A DNA stretch of 64,000 nt, from NCBI GenBank assembly GCA_963666425.2, contig OY762825.2, forward strand, positions 1,760,001 through 1,824,000. Reading direction: 5' to 3'. Within the stretch, counting starts at the first letter, position 1, and the number at the start of each line of letters is the position of its first letter. This DNA is from Bacillota bacterium (GTDB taxonomy: Bacteria; Bacillota; JAAYKD01). The notes under the pieces were generated by a model. It saw nothing but the letters and a program-made list of their open reading frames with translations, was not told where the DNA came from and did not search any database. This document shows, one piece after another, positions 27,665 to 38,500 of the stretch. Both the position numbers and the translations under genes were made by a program.

Positions 27665-27847
27665 TTGAAATGACCTCCTTTTTATTTTGTGGCTGTATTT
27701 CTTTGCCATGATCAGATCATACCCGAAAGCTGTGGCGAAAATATGTTTTATTTTTTCTTTCTTTATGCTGATCGATGAATAAAATGACATGATTTTGCCA
27801 CAAAAGCTTGCTAAAATATGATATGATAGTAAAAACAATTAGAAGAG

Positions 27848-28552
27848 GTGATAAGAATGCCGAACGTTTTAATTGCAGATGATAACCAACAAATCGCTTC
27901 CATTTTAGAAGAATATGCTAAAAAGGAAGGACTGACTACTAAAATTGCATCAAACGGCTTAGAAGCGGTTGAACTGTTTACAAAATTCAAACCAGATTTG
28001 ATCCTGCTTGATGTCATGATGCCAAAGATGGATGGATTTGAAGTCTGCCGTGAAATTCGGAAAACTTCTAATGTACCGATCATCATGATCACAGCCAGGG
28101 GAGAAGATTTTGAACGCATCATGGGTCTGGATATCGGCGCCGATGATTATATTGTGAAACCGTTTTCTCCGGCAGAAGTGATGGCGCGGGTGCGTGCTGT
28201 TTTACGGCGTATTAGCCATGCAGAAGGACAAAAATACCAGGTTTTTTCCTTTGATAATCTGATTATCAATCTGGATGACTATTTGGTACAAGTGGATCAG
28301 CAACCAGTCTCATTAACAAAAAAGGAAATTGAAATTCTCTGGACGCTGGCAACGAGTAAAGGGAAGGTCTTCTCGCGCGATAATTTGCTTAATAGTGTCT
28401 GGGGATATGATTATTTTGGCGACAGTCGGACGGTTGACTCCCATATCAAGCGGCTGCGTGCGAAATTGGATCGTTTTGAACATCCTCATTGGGAGATCAG
28501 TACGATTTGGGGTGTTGGTTATAAGTTTGAGGAAGTAAAAAATGAAGAATAA
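27848..28552 (+). CDS. OmpR-family response regulator
   Basis: IADD, LLDVMMP, GADDY..KPF, winged helix RTVDSHIKRLR, WGVGY. Confidence 0.95.
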   Translation: MIRMPNVLIADDNQQIASILEEYAKKEGLTTKIASNGLEAVELFTKFKPDLILLDVMMPKMDGFEVCREIRKTSNVPIIMITARGEDFERIMGLDIGADDYIVKPFSPAEVMARVRAVLRRISHAEGQKYQVFSFDNLIINLDDYLVQVDQQPVSLTKKEIEILWTLATSKGKVFSRDNLLNSVWGYDYFGDSRTVDSHIKRLRAKLDRFEHPHWEISTIWGVGYKFEEVKNEE

Positions 28553-29981
28553 AATCGCCTGGAAACTTACCTTTTATTTTTCTGTTGTGCTGCTTTTATT
28601 TTCGCTGATCATCGGCAGCGTTTTTACCGTCTTGTTCCGCAGTTATACCATTAACCTGCAAAAAGACGAATTGGCCTCGCGCGCGGTGACCATGGCATCC
28701 GCTTTAGCGAAAAGTACCGCTGATCAAGCTGCCGGATCCGGCATGGGCAAGCAGCAAAGCGGTTATGGCTTTTACCTGCGGTTTTTGAATGAAATTGCCA
28801 TGACGGATGCCTGGGTTGTCGACGAAAATTTGCAGCTGATCACCGGTAATCAAGTGGCCGCTGCCACCTATCAGTATGCCGATTTACCGTCCAATGCAGC
28901 AGCGGTAGTGAAGGAAGTTTTTTTGGGCAACACTACCTTTAGTGAAGGATTCAGTTCACTGCTCAATACGCCGACACTGACCGTCGGGACGCCAATTCAG
29001 TCAAACGGGGAAATTATCGGAGCGCTTCTGCTGCACTCACCGGTGGAAGGCATCAATGAAGCAATTACACAAGGGTATCAAATCATGGCGGTCAGTATGC
29101 TGGCAGCGCTCGTTTTGTCTGGTTTTTTGTCGATCATTTTGGCAGTCACTTTCAGCAAACCCTTGCAAAAAATGAAACAAGTTGCAATGCAATTGGCTGC
29201 CGGAGATTACAGTATAAAAACCGAAATCCAGCAGAAAGATGAAATCGGCGACTTGGCTTCCTCTATCGATGTCCTGAGCCAGCGCCTGGAAACCGCCAGT
29301 CATGAGAGTGAGCATTTGAATCAATTGCGCCGGGATTTTATTGCCAACATATCCCATGAGCTGCGCACACCAATTACCGTGATTCGTGGTTCTTTGGAAG
29401 CATTATGTGATGAAGTGATTACCGAGCCGGAACAAGTGAAGGCTTATCATCAACAAATGTGGAAGGAAAGCATCTTTTTACAGCGTTTGGTCAACGATTT
29501 ATTGGATTTGTCTCGTTTACAAAACACCGATTTTCAAATTGATTTGCAGGAAGTCAGTTTGTGTGAAGTATTGGAAGATGCGGTTCGCAGCGCCAGGCAG
29601 ATGGCGCAGGTAAAACAAATTCAGATCGAGATGGAAATCAAATCTGAACTTTGTGTCATCCAGGGCGATTATGGACGTCTGCGCCAAATGTTTCTGATCA
29701 TCCTGGATAATGCGGTTAAATTTTCACCCGTGCAGGGCAGTGTGAAGGTATTACTGCAGGATCATGTCGTTTCCATCCGGGATCAGGGGATTGGCATTGC
29801 CGAAGAGGAGCTGCCTTATATTTTTGAACGATTTTATCAAATTCCATCCGAAGAAAATAAGAGCGGTACAGGCCTTGGCCTGGCGATCGCAAAGCAAATT
29901 GCGGAACGACATGCGATCACTTTGTCGGTTGAGAGCAAAATCGCCGTTGGTACTGAGTTTCGATTTATCCTGAAACCATAA
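28542..29981 (+). CDS. HAMP-domain sensor histidine kinase
   Basis: Two TMs, HAMP (DEIGDL), H-box SHELRTP, N-box DNAVKF, G-boxes DQGIG/GTGLGL. Confidence 0.95.
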   Translation: MKNKIAWKLTFYFSVVLLLFSLIIGSVFTVLFRSYTINLQKDELASRAVTMASALAKSTADQAAGSGMGKQQSGYGFYLRFLNEIAMTDAWVVDENLQLITGNQVAAATYQYADLPSNAAAVVKEVFLGNTTFSEGFSSLLNTPTLTVGTPIQSNGEIIGALLLHSPVEGINEAITQGYQIMAVSMLAALVLSGFLSIILAVTFSKPLQKMKQVAMQLAAGDYSIKTEIQQKDEIGDLASSIDVLSQRLETASHESEHLNQLRRDFIANISHELRTPITVIRGSLEALCDEVITEPEQVKAYHQQMWKESIFLQRLVNDLLDLSRLQNTDFQIDLQEVSLCEVLEDAVRSARQMAQVKQIQIEMEIKSELCVIQGDYGRLRQMFLIILDNAVKFSPVQGSVKVLLQDHVVSIRDQGIGIAEEELPYIFERFYQIPSEENKSGTGLGLAIAKQIAERHAITLSVESKIAVGTEFRFILKP

Positions 29982-30073
29982 CAGGTTGCCTGGATAGAGT
30001 AATAGTATTTGCCAATTTCCACCGATTGATGTAAGATAGAGACATGGGCTCGGTATGGAAGGAGGTCAATCGA

Positions 30074-30751
30074 TTGCTTGAAACTGAAAAGCTTACTTTA
30101 CTGCAGCAGTATTTTCCTGCTTGGCCGCATCTGTCTGCAACAGAACAACAAGAAATGCTGAAAAACTGCATGCAAATGAATTATCAAAAAGGTGTTACTG
30201 TACATAGTGCTGAGAATAATTGTGTTGGCGTGCTGTTGATTATAAAAGGAAGGCTGCGAACTTACATGCTTTCCGAAGAGGGCAAGGAGATCACCCTTTA
30301 TCGCCTGCAGCAAGGGAATATTTGTATTCTGTCCGCCTCCTGTGTACTTTCAGCCATCACTTTTGATGTGCAGATCGAGGCGGAAGAAGACAGCGATGTC
30401 TTGCTGATCGGTGCTCCTTTTTTTGCTCAATTGGCCGAGCACAATATTTATGTGGAGTGCTTTTCTTATAAAGTGGCAACAGAGCGCTTTTCTGATGTGA
30501 TGTGGGCAATGCAGCAAATTCTTTTTATGAGCATGGATAAGCGCTTGGCGGTTTTTTTGTGGGATGAGCTTTCTAAAACTGAAGGGGATGTAGTGCACCT
30601 TACGCATGAACAAACAGCGAAATACATGGGCAGCGCCCGTGAGGTTGTGACTCGGATGCTGAAATATTTCTCCGCGGATGGAATCGTTGAGCTTTCGCGA
30701 GGCGGTATTAGAATTCTCGATCGAGAGAAACTGCGACGGCTTACCCAGTAA
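30074..30751 (+). CDS. Crp/Fnr family transcriptional regulator
   Basis: cNMP-binding fold (GRLRTY.LSEEGKEITLY), HTH LTHEQ.A..GSAREVVTR; TTG start after GGAGGT. Confidence 0.9.
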   Translation: MLETEKLTLLQQYFPAWPHLSATEQQEMLKNCMQMNYQKGVTVHSAENNCVGVLLIIKGRLRTYMLSEEGKEITLYRLQQGNICILSASCVLSAITFDVQIEAEEDSDVLLIGAPFFAQLAEHNIYVECFSYKVATERFSDVMWAMQQILFMSMDKRLAVFLWDELSKTEGDVVHLTHEQTAKYMGSAREVVTRMLKYFSADGIVELSRGGIRILDREKLRRLTQ

Positions 30752-30760
30752 GTGTGAGAT

Positions 30761-30799
30761 AAAAAAGGCGGCAGATCGATTACGATCTGCCGCGGTTTT
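30761..30799. terminator. Bidirectional terminator
   Basis: GCGGCAGATCG-ATTA-CGATCTGCCGC flanked by A and T runs. Confidence 0.75.
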
Positions 30800-30805
30800 A
30801 ACTTG

Positions 30806-31117
30806 TTATACTTTCAGCATTCTGACAATGTCTGCCTTGGGTCTGACCCCGATGGCAGTTTGCGCGAGCTTGCCGTTTTTAAAAACGAGCAGAGTCGGGA
30901 TGCTCATGATATTGAATCTACCCGACAGTTCTTGCTGTTCGTCTACATTGACTTTTCCTACTTTGATATTGGGCATTTCCTGCGCGATTTGATCAACAAT
31001 GGGGGAAACCATACGGCAGGGACCGCACCAGGAAGCCCAGAAATCGAGCAGTACCGGTTTATCGGACTTCAGGACTTCTGTTTCGAAATTTTCTTTTGTA
31101 ATTGTAATGATGGACAT
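30806..31117 (-). CDS. trxA: Thioredoxin
   Basis: DFWASWCGPC, SIPTL; start MSIITIT with AAAGGAG RBS. Confidence 0.95.
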   Translation of the reverse strand: MSIITITKENFETEVLKSDKPVLLDFWASWCGPCRMVSPIVDQIAQEMPNIKVGKVNVDEQQELSGRFNIMSIPTLLVFKNGKLAQTAIGVRPKADIVRMLKV

Positions 31118-31162
31118 TAAATTCGCTCCTTTGATTTTGATATTGCTATCAGTTATGATTTG

Positions 31163-31204
31163 ATTATAGCACACGATCAGTGAATTTCAGTGAGTTAGTC
31201 ACAA
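31163..31204 (-). promoter_or_regulatory. Putative Crp/Fnr-type operator and -10 element upstream of trxA
   Basis: Minus strand TTGTGACTAACTCACTGAA, 17 nt, then TATAAT. Confidence 0.55.
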
Positions 31205-31358
31205 AATAATTTATTTTTTACCGCAGAAGTCTGCCTACTAAAGAAAGCAAAAAGGAACGGATATCGGACTGTCAGCGGTGAAAATAGATAGGGTGTTTTT
31301 AGACTTGACGTTTATGAATTTTGTGTTAAGATACAGGCTATGAAAGAGGTGGAAATCC

Positions 31359-31967
31359 ATGCAGATTATTGTGATTGGCTGTGGAAAAGTCGGGTCTTCC
31401 CTGGCTGCTCAGTTGATTCAACAAGGTCACGATGTGGTAATTCTGGAAAACGACAGTGAACTGATGCAGCTTGCTGATGATTTGAATTGTGTTAAAATTA
31501 TCGGTATTCCTTTTGATCAGGATATCATGAAGCAGGCGGGTGCCGAAACAGCGGATGTGGTTTGTGCAGTATCCCAAAACGATAATGTGAATATTATGTC
31601 AGCTCAAGTAGCACAACAGGTATTCGATGTCAAGAAAATCATCACACGCGTTTACGATCCCAATTTAAAGGTCATCTGTGAGCAATTCGGGCTCGATACC
31701 ATCTGTTCGACGGATTTGACAGTTCAGGCGTTGATTCGTGACATAGCCAATGAAACCGAGATTGTTTCTCAGAAGATTTTTAATACGAGGGTTATTTATA
31801 CGACGACTCCCATCGATGAATCTCTGGTCGGGGAAGAGATCACCAACCTCAGCAGCGATACAGGCAAATTGATTTTTGGTATCCTGCGTGACGGGAAAGT
31901 GATTCTGGCAGTCTCGGGTGTTAAAATAGAAGCCGGCGATCAGATGCTTTTAGCCAATCTTGAATAA
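31359..31967 (+). CDS. trkA: TrkA/KtrA family RCK potassium-uptake regulator
   Basis: IIVIGCGKVG Rossmann motif, ITRVYDP, short RCK_C domain. Confidence 0.85.
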   Translation: MQIIVIGCGKVGSSLAAQLIQQGHDVVILENDSELMQLADDLNCVKIIGIPFDQDIMKQAGAETADVVCAVSQNDNVNIMSAQVAQQVFDVKKIITRVYDPNLKVICEQFGLDTICSTDLTVQALIRDIANETEIVSQKIFNTRVIYTTTPIDESLVGEEITNLSSDTGKLIFGILRDGKVILAVSGVKIEAGDQMLLANLE

Positions 31968-32006
31968 TGCTCTCAACCGGAAGGTGAGAAAAAGGAGTTT
32001 GTTACA

Positions 32007-32672
32007 ATGCGTATTATTATTGTAGGCGGTGGAAAACTCGCCTACTATTTGATAAAAACCCTGCAGCCCTATCATCATATCATCTCGGTGGTGGAACAAT
32101 TAAAAGAAGTCAGCGAACGGATCGCTACCGATTTTGATGAGGTCAGTGTCTACAATGGCGATGGCACCAACATCCGAATCATGGAAGAAAGCGGCTGCCG
32201 AAATGCGGATTTTTATATTGCCGTCACCGGTAAAGATGAGAGCAATCTGATTGGCTGTGAAATTGCCAAGAAACACTTTCATGTCAAGACGACAGTTGCC
32301 AGAGTCAATAATCCGAAAAATTGTGAAATGTTTACCCGCATGGGCGTTGATAAAATCTACTCCAGTACTCAGATTTTAGCCGATATTATCGAACGTGAAA
32401 TCGATTATGAAGGGATGCGGGTCGTATTTTCGATCGAAAAAACTTCTCAAAACATCATCGAATTCAAGCTTTCACCGAAATCCGCAGCCTGCAATATGAC
32501 ATTGCGTGATTATGCCTTCCCGAAAGACAGCACCCTGGTCTTGCTGACGCGTGATAACGGTACGGTTGAAGTTCCGCACGGTGACTTGATCATGAAAGCG
32601 GAGGATACGATTTTAATGGCTTGTGAGAAAAAGGATTATGACCTGATCTGGAAAGATATGGTCAAAAGGTAG
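32007..32672 (+). CDS. trkA: TrkA/KtrA family RCK protein
   Basis: IIVGGGKL, GDGT, VTGKDESN, ARVNNPKN, RCK_C domain. Confidence 0.88.
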   Translation: MRIIIVGGGKLAYYLIKTLQPYHHIISVVEQLKEVSERIATDFDEVSVYNGDGTNIRIMEESGCRNADFYIAVTGKDESNLIGCEIAKKHFHVKTTVARVNNPKNCEMFTRMGVDKIYSSTQILADIIEREIDYEGMRVVFSIEKTSQNIIEFKLSPKSAACNMTLRDYAFPKDSTLVLLTRDNGTVEVPHGDLIMKAEDTILMACEKKDYDLIWKDMVKR

Positions 32673-32687
32673 GGATGGAATCAAATC

Positions 32688-34109
32688 ATGGCGGTTATTA
32701 AGAAAACAAAATATAAAAACCCACTGCGTCCGCTGAGTCGCTGGATCGGAGAAAAACCGATTCGGTTGATTATCTCTTCTTTCGTGGTTGTTATTTTAAT
32801 CGGTGCTTTCTTATTGATGCTTCCCATCGCTTCGCAGAATCATCTCAGCGCAGGTTTCCTACGTGCTTTGTTTGTCTCGACTTCAGCCACTTGCGTAACC
32901 GGTTTGGTCGTGGTCGATACGGCCACCTATTGGACGACGTTTGGGAAGGTAGTAATTATCTGTCTGATTCAAGTTGGCGGGCTTGGTTTAGTCACCCTGA
33001 CCAGCTTCTTTTTTAGCGTACTCAAGAAAAAAGCGTCGCTGAAAACCCGCATTGTAACCCAGGAGTCGATTGCGACGCCTACCTTTGCCGATGTCTTTAC
33101 GATGGTTCGCCGGATTGTCTTAATTGTTTTTACCGTTGAATTTCTCGGCGCGGTGATCCTGACCTGGCGTTTTTCTTATCGTTATCCTTTTTTGGAAGCA
33201 TTGGGTAAAGGCGTCTTTCAGGCGATTTCCGCTTTTTGCAACGCCGGTTTTGATTTACACGGTGATTCGGTATCCGGTCCCTTCAGCAGCCTGACTGCCT
33301 GGAATAACGATCCGATTACGATTTTAACCACCAGCTTGCTGATTATCATCGGCGGACTCGGCTTTATTGTTTGGACCGACTTAATCGATTATCGGCAGAC
33401 GCACAAATTAGCTTATCACAGCAAAGTTGTCTTGTGGATGACCGGATTTTTACTGGCTGTCGGTACTGTCTCGATTCTTGGATTGGAATACAGCAATACG
33501 GCAAATCTCTATTCTATTGGTTCCTTGCCTGTTTGGCAGCGCCCCTTGGCTGCTTTCTTCCAATCGGTCACCGCCCGTACAGCCGGCTTTAACAGCATTG
33601 ACCAAGCTTCATTGCATGATAGTTCGAAATTAATCACCTCAATCCTGATGTTTATCGGAGCTGCGCCGGCTTCAACGGGTGGTGGGATCAAATGCACTAC
33701 CTTTGGTGTGATCGTTGCTACAATTTATTCTGATATCCGCGGATTTGAAGAAACGCTGCTGTTCCGTCACCGGATCAATCGGGAAGTGTTTACGCGGGCA
33801 ATGGCAATCATGGGTTTGGCTCTTACTATCGTGCTTGTCGCTACCATGGCGATTTGTATCATTGAAACAGAGGCTTTGGATCTGAAAACTTTTGATTTGA
33901 ATGATGTCCTTTTAGAAGCAGTCTCAGCCTTCGGTACGGTTGGCTTAACTTCTGCCGGTACTCCGACCTTACATCCGGCAAGTTGGGCGGTTCTGATCCC
34001 CTGTATGTTTTTGGGGCGCGTCGGCCCGGCTTCTTTTGCCATCAGCTTATCCATGAAACGCAGCAAACGCGAATTGGTTTATCCGGAAGGCAGAACGCTG
34101 GTCGGCTAA
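32688..34109 (+). CDS. TrkH/KtrB potassium transporter membrane subunit
   Basis: SATCVTGL, SAFCNAGF, RTAGFN, STGGGIK, SAFGTVGL pore motifs. Confidence 0.93.
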   Translation: MAVIKKTKYKNPLRPLSRWIGEKPIRLIISSFVVVILIGAFLLMLPIASQNHLSAGFLRALFVSTSATCVTGLVVVDTATYWTTFGKVVIICLIQVGGLGLVTLTSFFFSVLKKKASLKTRIVTQESIATPTFADVFTMVRRIVLIVFTVEFLGAVILTWRFSYRYPFLEALGKGVFQAISAFCNAGFDLHGDSVSGPFSSLTAWNNDPITILTTSLLIIIGGLGFIVWTDLIDYRQTHKLAYHSKVVLWMTGFLLAVGTVSILGLEYSNTANLYSIGSLPVWQRPLAAFFQSVTARTAGFNSIDQASLHDSSKLITSILMFIGAAPASTGGGIKCTTFGVIVATIYSDIRGFEETLLFRHRINREVFTRAMAIMGLALTIVLVATMAICIIETEALDLKTFDLNDVLLEAVSAFGTVGLTSAGTPTLHPASWAVLIPCMFLGRVGPASFAISLSMKRSKRELVYPEGRTLVG

Positions 34110-34128
34110 GTGCTAGACTTGATCATGC

Positions 34129-34174
34129 AACACTCTTTGATCAGATTATTTCTGAGCAAAGAGTGTTTTTTTTT
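34129..34174 (+). terminator. Intrinsic terminator of the trk operon
   Basis: AACACTCTTTG..CAAAGAGTGTT plus T run. Confidence 0.85.
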
Positions 34175-34713
34175 GATTGATTCAAAGTGAGCGCACCTAT
34201 GCTCTGAATTAATTTAATTATAATAATAATTGTATGATTTTTCCTGGCCGGATTGGAAATTTCGGTTACAAATTTTTCTGGTGAATTCGTCTGTATTTTA
34301 TTTAGTTACCAAAATTTGGCGTGATCAAAAAACTGCCGAACAGTATTAATGGACCAGTAATTTGAAAATAGAGCAATAATGATAGGAATAGTGAAATAAA
34401 TATGAGCGTAAAATACAAATAGTCTATAAAATATCAATATTCAATCAAATGTGAGCAAGCGGTGTTTTCCTACAATAAAATTGTTGCGAAAATGTGAAAT
34501 TGTCAGAAGGGATCAAAGAGTTTCCTGTTGAAATCTACCAATACAAAATTAATAGTTTACTAATCAATCATAGTATTTTTTTATTGAGTAAGCATTTTTC
34601 GTATTTTTAATCCTGATGTGCGTCTATGACATTGAAATAATTTTTTCATTTGACAGAATACACATTTTGAAATCAGATGAGCTTGCTAAAAGTATGGATT
34701 GGGGGTTTGAGGA

Positions 34714-35538
34714 TTGAGTTGGAAGAGAATTTCAATTGTGGCTTCCTATTGCTTGCTGCTTATTTTCTTAGTTTCAATCACTGGGTTTGCGCAAGGAGAG
34801 AGCCCGATTCGGGTTGGCATCATCGATTCAGGAATTTCATCTTCTGCATCGATCACGCACTTGGCAGGGTATAATTATCTTTCTGAAACAAAAGAAACGG
34901 AGGATGACATCGGTCATGGCACTGCTTTGGCAGGCATCGTTGCAGTGATCGCCCCCGCGGCTGAAATTATCCCTTTAAAAATTATCGGTCAATCTGCTTT
35001 GACGACTGCCAAAGTCACTGCGGCTGCCATTGCTGATGCTGTGGATGTGTATGACTGCGATATTCTGCTGATGGCCTTTGGCCAGCCGGATACCATCGAA
35101 TTACGCAAAGCCATCGAGCATGCAGCAGCAGAAGGTGTGATCATGATCAGCGCGGTCGGTAATGATGGTTATCTCTCCTATCGGCGCAATCGCATCTATT
35201 ATCCTGCCGGTTATGATGGCGTCATTGCAGTCGGTTCGACGGATGCAGCCGGCAAGATCGCCTATTTTTCACAGCGCAACAAAAGTGTGTTCGTCACAAC
35301 CAATGGCATCGGGTTAGAGACCGTGAAGACAGATGGTACGAAAAGATTCGTCAGCGGAACCTCTTTTTCTGCGGCATGCATCGCCGGTTTGGCAGCCAGA
35401 GAGCAGATCAGAGATCCGGATGATTTTAAAGAATATCTGAAAACCAATGCAAGTGATCAGGGCAGTCAGGGGTTCGATCATTCCTATGGCTGGGGATGGC
35501 TCAAGATAGAGAATCAAGCAGAGGAGGCTGACAAATGA
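34714..35538 (+). CDS. Secreted S8 (subtilisin-like) serine peptidase, no evident propeptide
   Basis: Signal peptide; catalytic triad IIDSG, HGT, SGTSFS; oxyanion AVGN; YGWG. Confidence 0.88.
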   Translation: MSWKRISIVASYCLLLIFLVSITGFAQGESPIRVGIIDSGISSSASITHLAGYNYLSETKETEDDIGHGTALAGIVAVIAPAAEIIPLKIIGQSALTTAKVTAAAIADAVDVYDCDILLMAFGQPDTIELRKAIEHAAAEGVIMISAVGNDGYLSYRRNRIYYPAGYDGVIAVGSTDAAGKIAYFSQRNKSVFVTTNGIGLETVKTDGTKRFVSGTSFSAACIAGLAAREQIRDPDDFKEYLKTNASDQGSQGFDHSYGWGWLKIENQAEEADK

Positions 35539-38500
35539 GTAAAAAATCAGGAATTAGGCCAGGTAATATTTTGCTCTTATCGGTATTTTTTATGTTGCTC
35601 TTCGTTTTTACGCAATCGGTACTGGCTTACAGCTATAATACAAATTTACTGAATGTTGTGAATAATACAGGCAAAGAGTATACCAGACAAAATACACAGA
35701 ATATCTACCTCAGTCCCGAGGATCAAGAACGGGCAAATAAGGGTGATATGTATTACAATGCTTCGGTGCATATCGGCGCCAACGGAAGCAGAACGGTAAC
35801 CAGACACTTGTATGTCAGGTGCTATGATGCCAATGGTAATTTACTGGATAATTATGAAGTGAGCGGTTCGACCTATTGGGTGGCGCATGCCAGCTATAAT
35901 TATGATAACAATGATCAAAAAATCCCTGCCGGAACAGTCTATATTTATTATGATGCCTATGTTCATATCGGAACCTGGGGCGATCTTGAGTTGGAAAACA
36001 TGTCATTCAGCTTATATGACGCAGTCAAACCGGCTTATCTTTCGGTGGGAGTCACTTCGGTCAATGGCGGCTATCCCAATCCGGGAACTTATCCGATAGG
36101 CACCACCATTCGTTATTGCGTCAATTTTAATGAGGCTTTGGCTTCCGTCAGCGCCGGAACCGTAAGTACGACGATCGGCAGTGCAACCTATGTCGGTAAA
36201 AGCGCAGATCGGAAGTCTGTTTATTATGATTATGTGATTACAGGTACCTCTGCTACGGTCAGTGACTACAATTTGGTCAAAGTGGCGTCGGTTGTCAATC
36301 TGTCCGTGGCGGATGATGCAGGTAATTGGTCGGACGTGCAAAATCGCTATGCCCTGACGGACAACTACGGTATTTATATGGATAACAAGTATCCTTCTGT
36401 TTCTGCCTTTACGACCGAAGCAAGTGCAGACGCCTGCTATCTGGCCGGTGAACAGATTCGTTTCAATGTGACTTTTCACGAAAATATTTGGGTGAGCGGC
36501 AGTCCGGCAATCTCACTGTCTAACGGCGGTGTTGCAGTTTACACAAAAATGACCAACAGTGATACCAATGCGGCTGCTTTTATTTATACAGTAGCCGCCG
36601 GTGATACCAATACCTCGGCACTGGCCATTACCGCGATCAATTTCAACGGAATCGTCGATAAAGTGAATCAAAGCGCCACGAGCGATGGTTCTTATACCGC
36701 GAATCGATATAACAGTTTTTTAAGCGCTTACCGTTTATCGGTTGATACGATAGCACCGACGGTGAGCTTTGCGGATCCTTCCAATAACTATCACAACAAT
36801 ACGTATCAAGTCAGTTTCACACCGGCCGACAGCGTCAGCGGTGTCAATGAAAAGTATGCCGTCTGGACGACCTCTTCCAGCAATCTACCTCCTGCTTTTC
36901 CGGAATCGGCCGGAGTGGGTGCGAATAATCTGGTCAGCCTGCCTGCAAGCAGTGGAATTTACTATTTATGGGTCAAATTAGTCGATCTTGCCGGTAATAT
37001 CAGCAGTACAAAATCTCCCTATCTTTACTATTTTGATTTTACCCAACCGACGATTACTTTTACACCTACTTATATTAGCGGTTACACTGCCCTCGCCAGT
37101 ATGGTGATCACGGTCGGCGATAATGTCAGTGTTGCCACAAAAAACTATGAATGGCGGAATGCTTCCAATATAAAAGTCGTAGAAGGCAGCTTGACCGATG
37201 CATTGCTTTATCCGAGCGCTGATGGAATCTATTCTCTGCTCGTTACGGCTGTGGATACGGTAGGGAATCTTTTTACCAATACCATCAGCGATCTCTCGAT
37301 TGATAAAACAGGGCCAACGGTAGTTTTTAATCCCACCGGAAATAACACTTGGGCGAAAATTCATACGATTGCCATCACGATTCAGGATGCAAAAACCGGC
37401 ATCCTCAATTACTCCTACCAATTTACCACCTCGGTTTCGACACCGGTTGCGAATTGGAGTGATACGTTGAATACCTCATTCGATACACCGAATGGTTCGT
37501 CCGGCACTTATTATTTGCATATCAAGGCAGTCGACCATGCCAATAATATCAGCTATTTTACCAGCAATGGATTCAATACCGATAATGTTGCTCCCAGCGT
37601 CGTGATCTCCCCCAATAGCAATGCGAGCAATCTGGGACTAAGTTCTTATGATATTACCGTTGCGGCAGAAGATGCCATCAGCGCCACGGGCGATCTGGTT
37701 GCCGGCTATGCCTTTTCCACTGCCGCTGCGGCGGGCGGACTCACTTATGCAGCCTTGAATCTGACCGACGGCGCCGCACTGCTCACGTTAGCTGAGTTCC
37801 ATCAAATCACTTATTTATATGTCAGTGTCACGGATACTGCCGGTAATAACAGGATCAGTCGTTCCGAGGCATTTACCCCGGATATCAGTGCTCCTACCGG
37901 CAGCATCACCAACGCTTCAGCCGCCTATCTCAATCTGCCATCTATCGATTTGAGTTTCACTGCGGCAGATAACTATATCGCTGCCAATGATCTCAACATG
38001 CAATTAACGCTTGACGGCAGCGTAGGGGAATGGGAAGTCTTTACTGAAAGCAAAACGATCGCTTTTGCTGCCGTTGAAGGGAACCATACCATTTCAGTAC
38101 AGTTCAGGGATGTTTGTGGAAATATTTCCCAAGTTTATTCAACAACATTTACCTATGATGTGACTGCTCCGCAGATTTTAATCCATTATGACCTTCCCAC
38201 GGCAACCAAGAACAATGTGACTGCCACTGCCACGACGGCATCGAATGCAGACAGTATTACCGGGGTGACCAGTAAGCTGTTTACCGAAAATGGTAGTTTT
38301 ACCTTTTATGCCCGCGATTATGCCGGCAATGAATCGAGTCTGGCTGCAGTCGTCAACTGGATTGATCAAACCGCTCCTACCATCAGCTTCACCTCGGTAG
38401 AGTTTGATAACGCCAAGCACCAGTCGGCAACCGTCACGATTACCGCTGCCGATAATGCCAATGGCATCGCTGCGGTTGTATATCGCTTGCTGCAAAATAC

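Noticed and set aside
27848-29981. This two-component system as the missing AgrA/AgrC
   Set aside because: It is an OmpR/HAMP-HisKA type, not LytTR/HPK10, and is tied to its own divergent gene
31205-31358. c-di-AMP (ydaO) riboswitch before the trk genes
   Set aside because: A promoter (TTGACG..TAAGAT) lies just before the RBS, leaving no room, and no consensus was seen
34300-34345. Possible c-di-GMP-I riboswitch (..AACTGCCGAA)
   Set aside because: Lacks the GGCAAA..GAAA..GACGCAAAGC core
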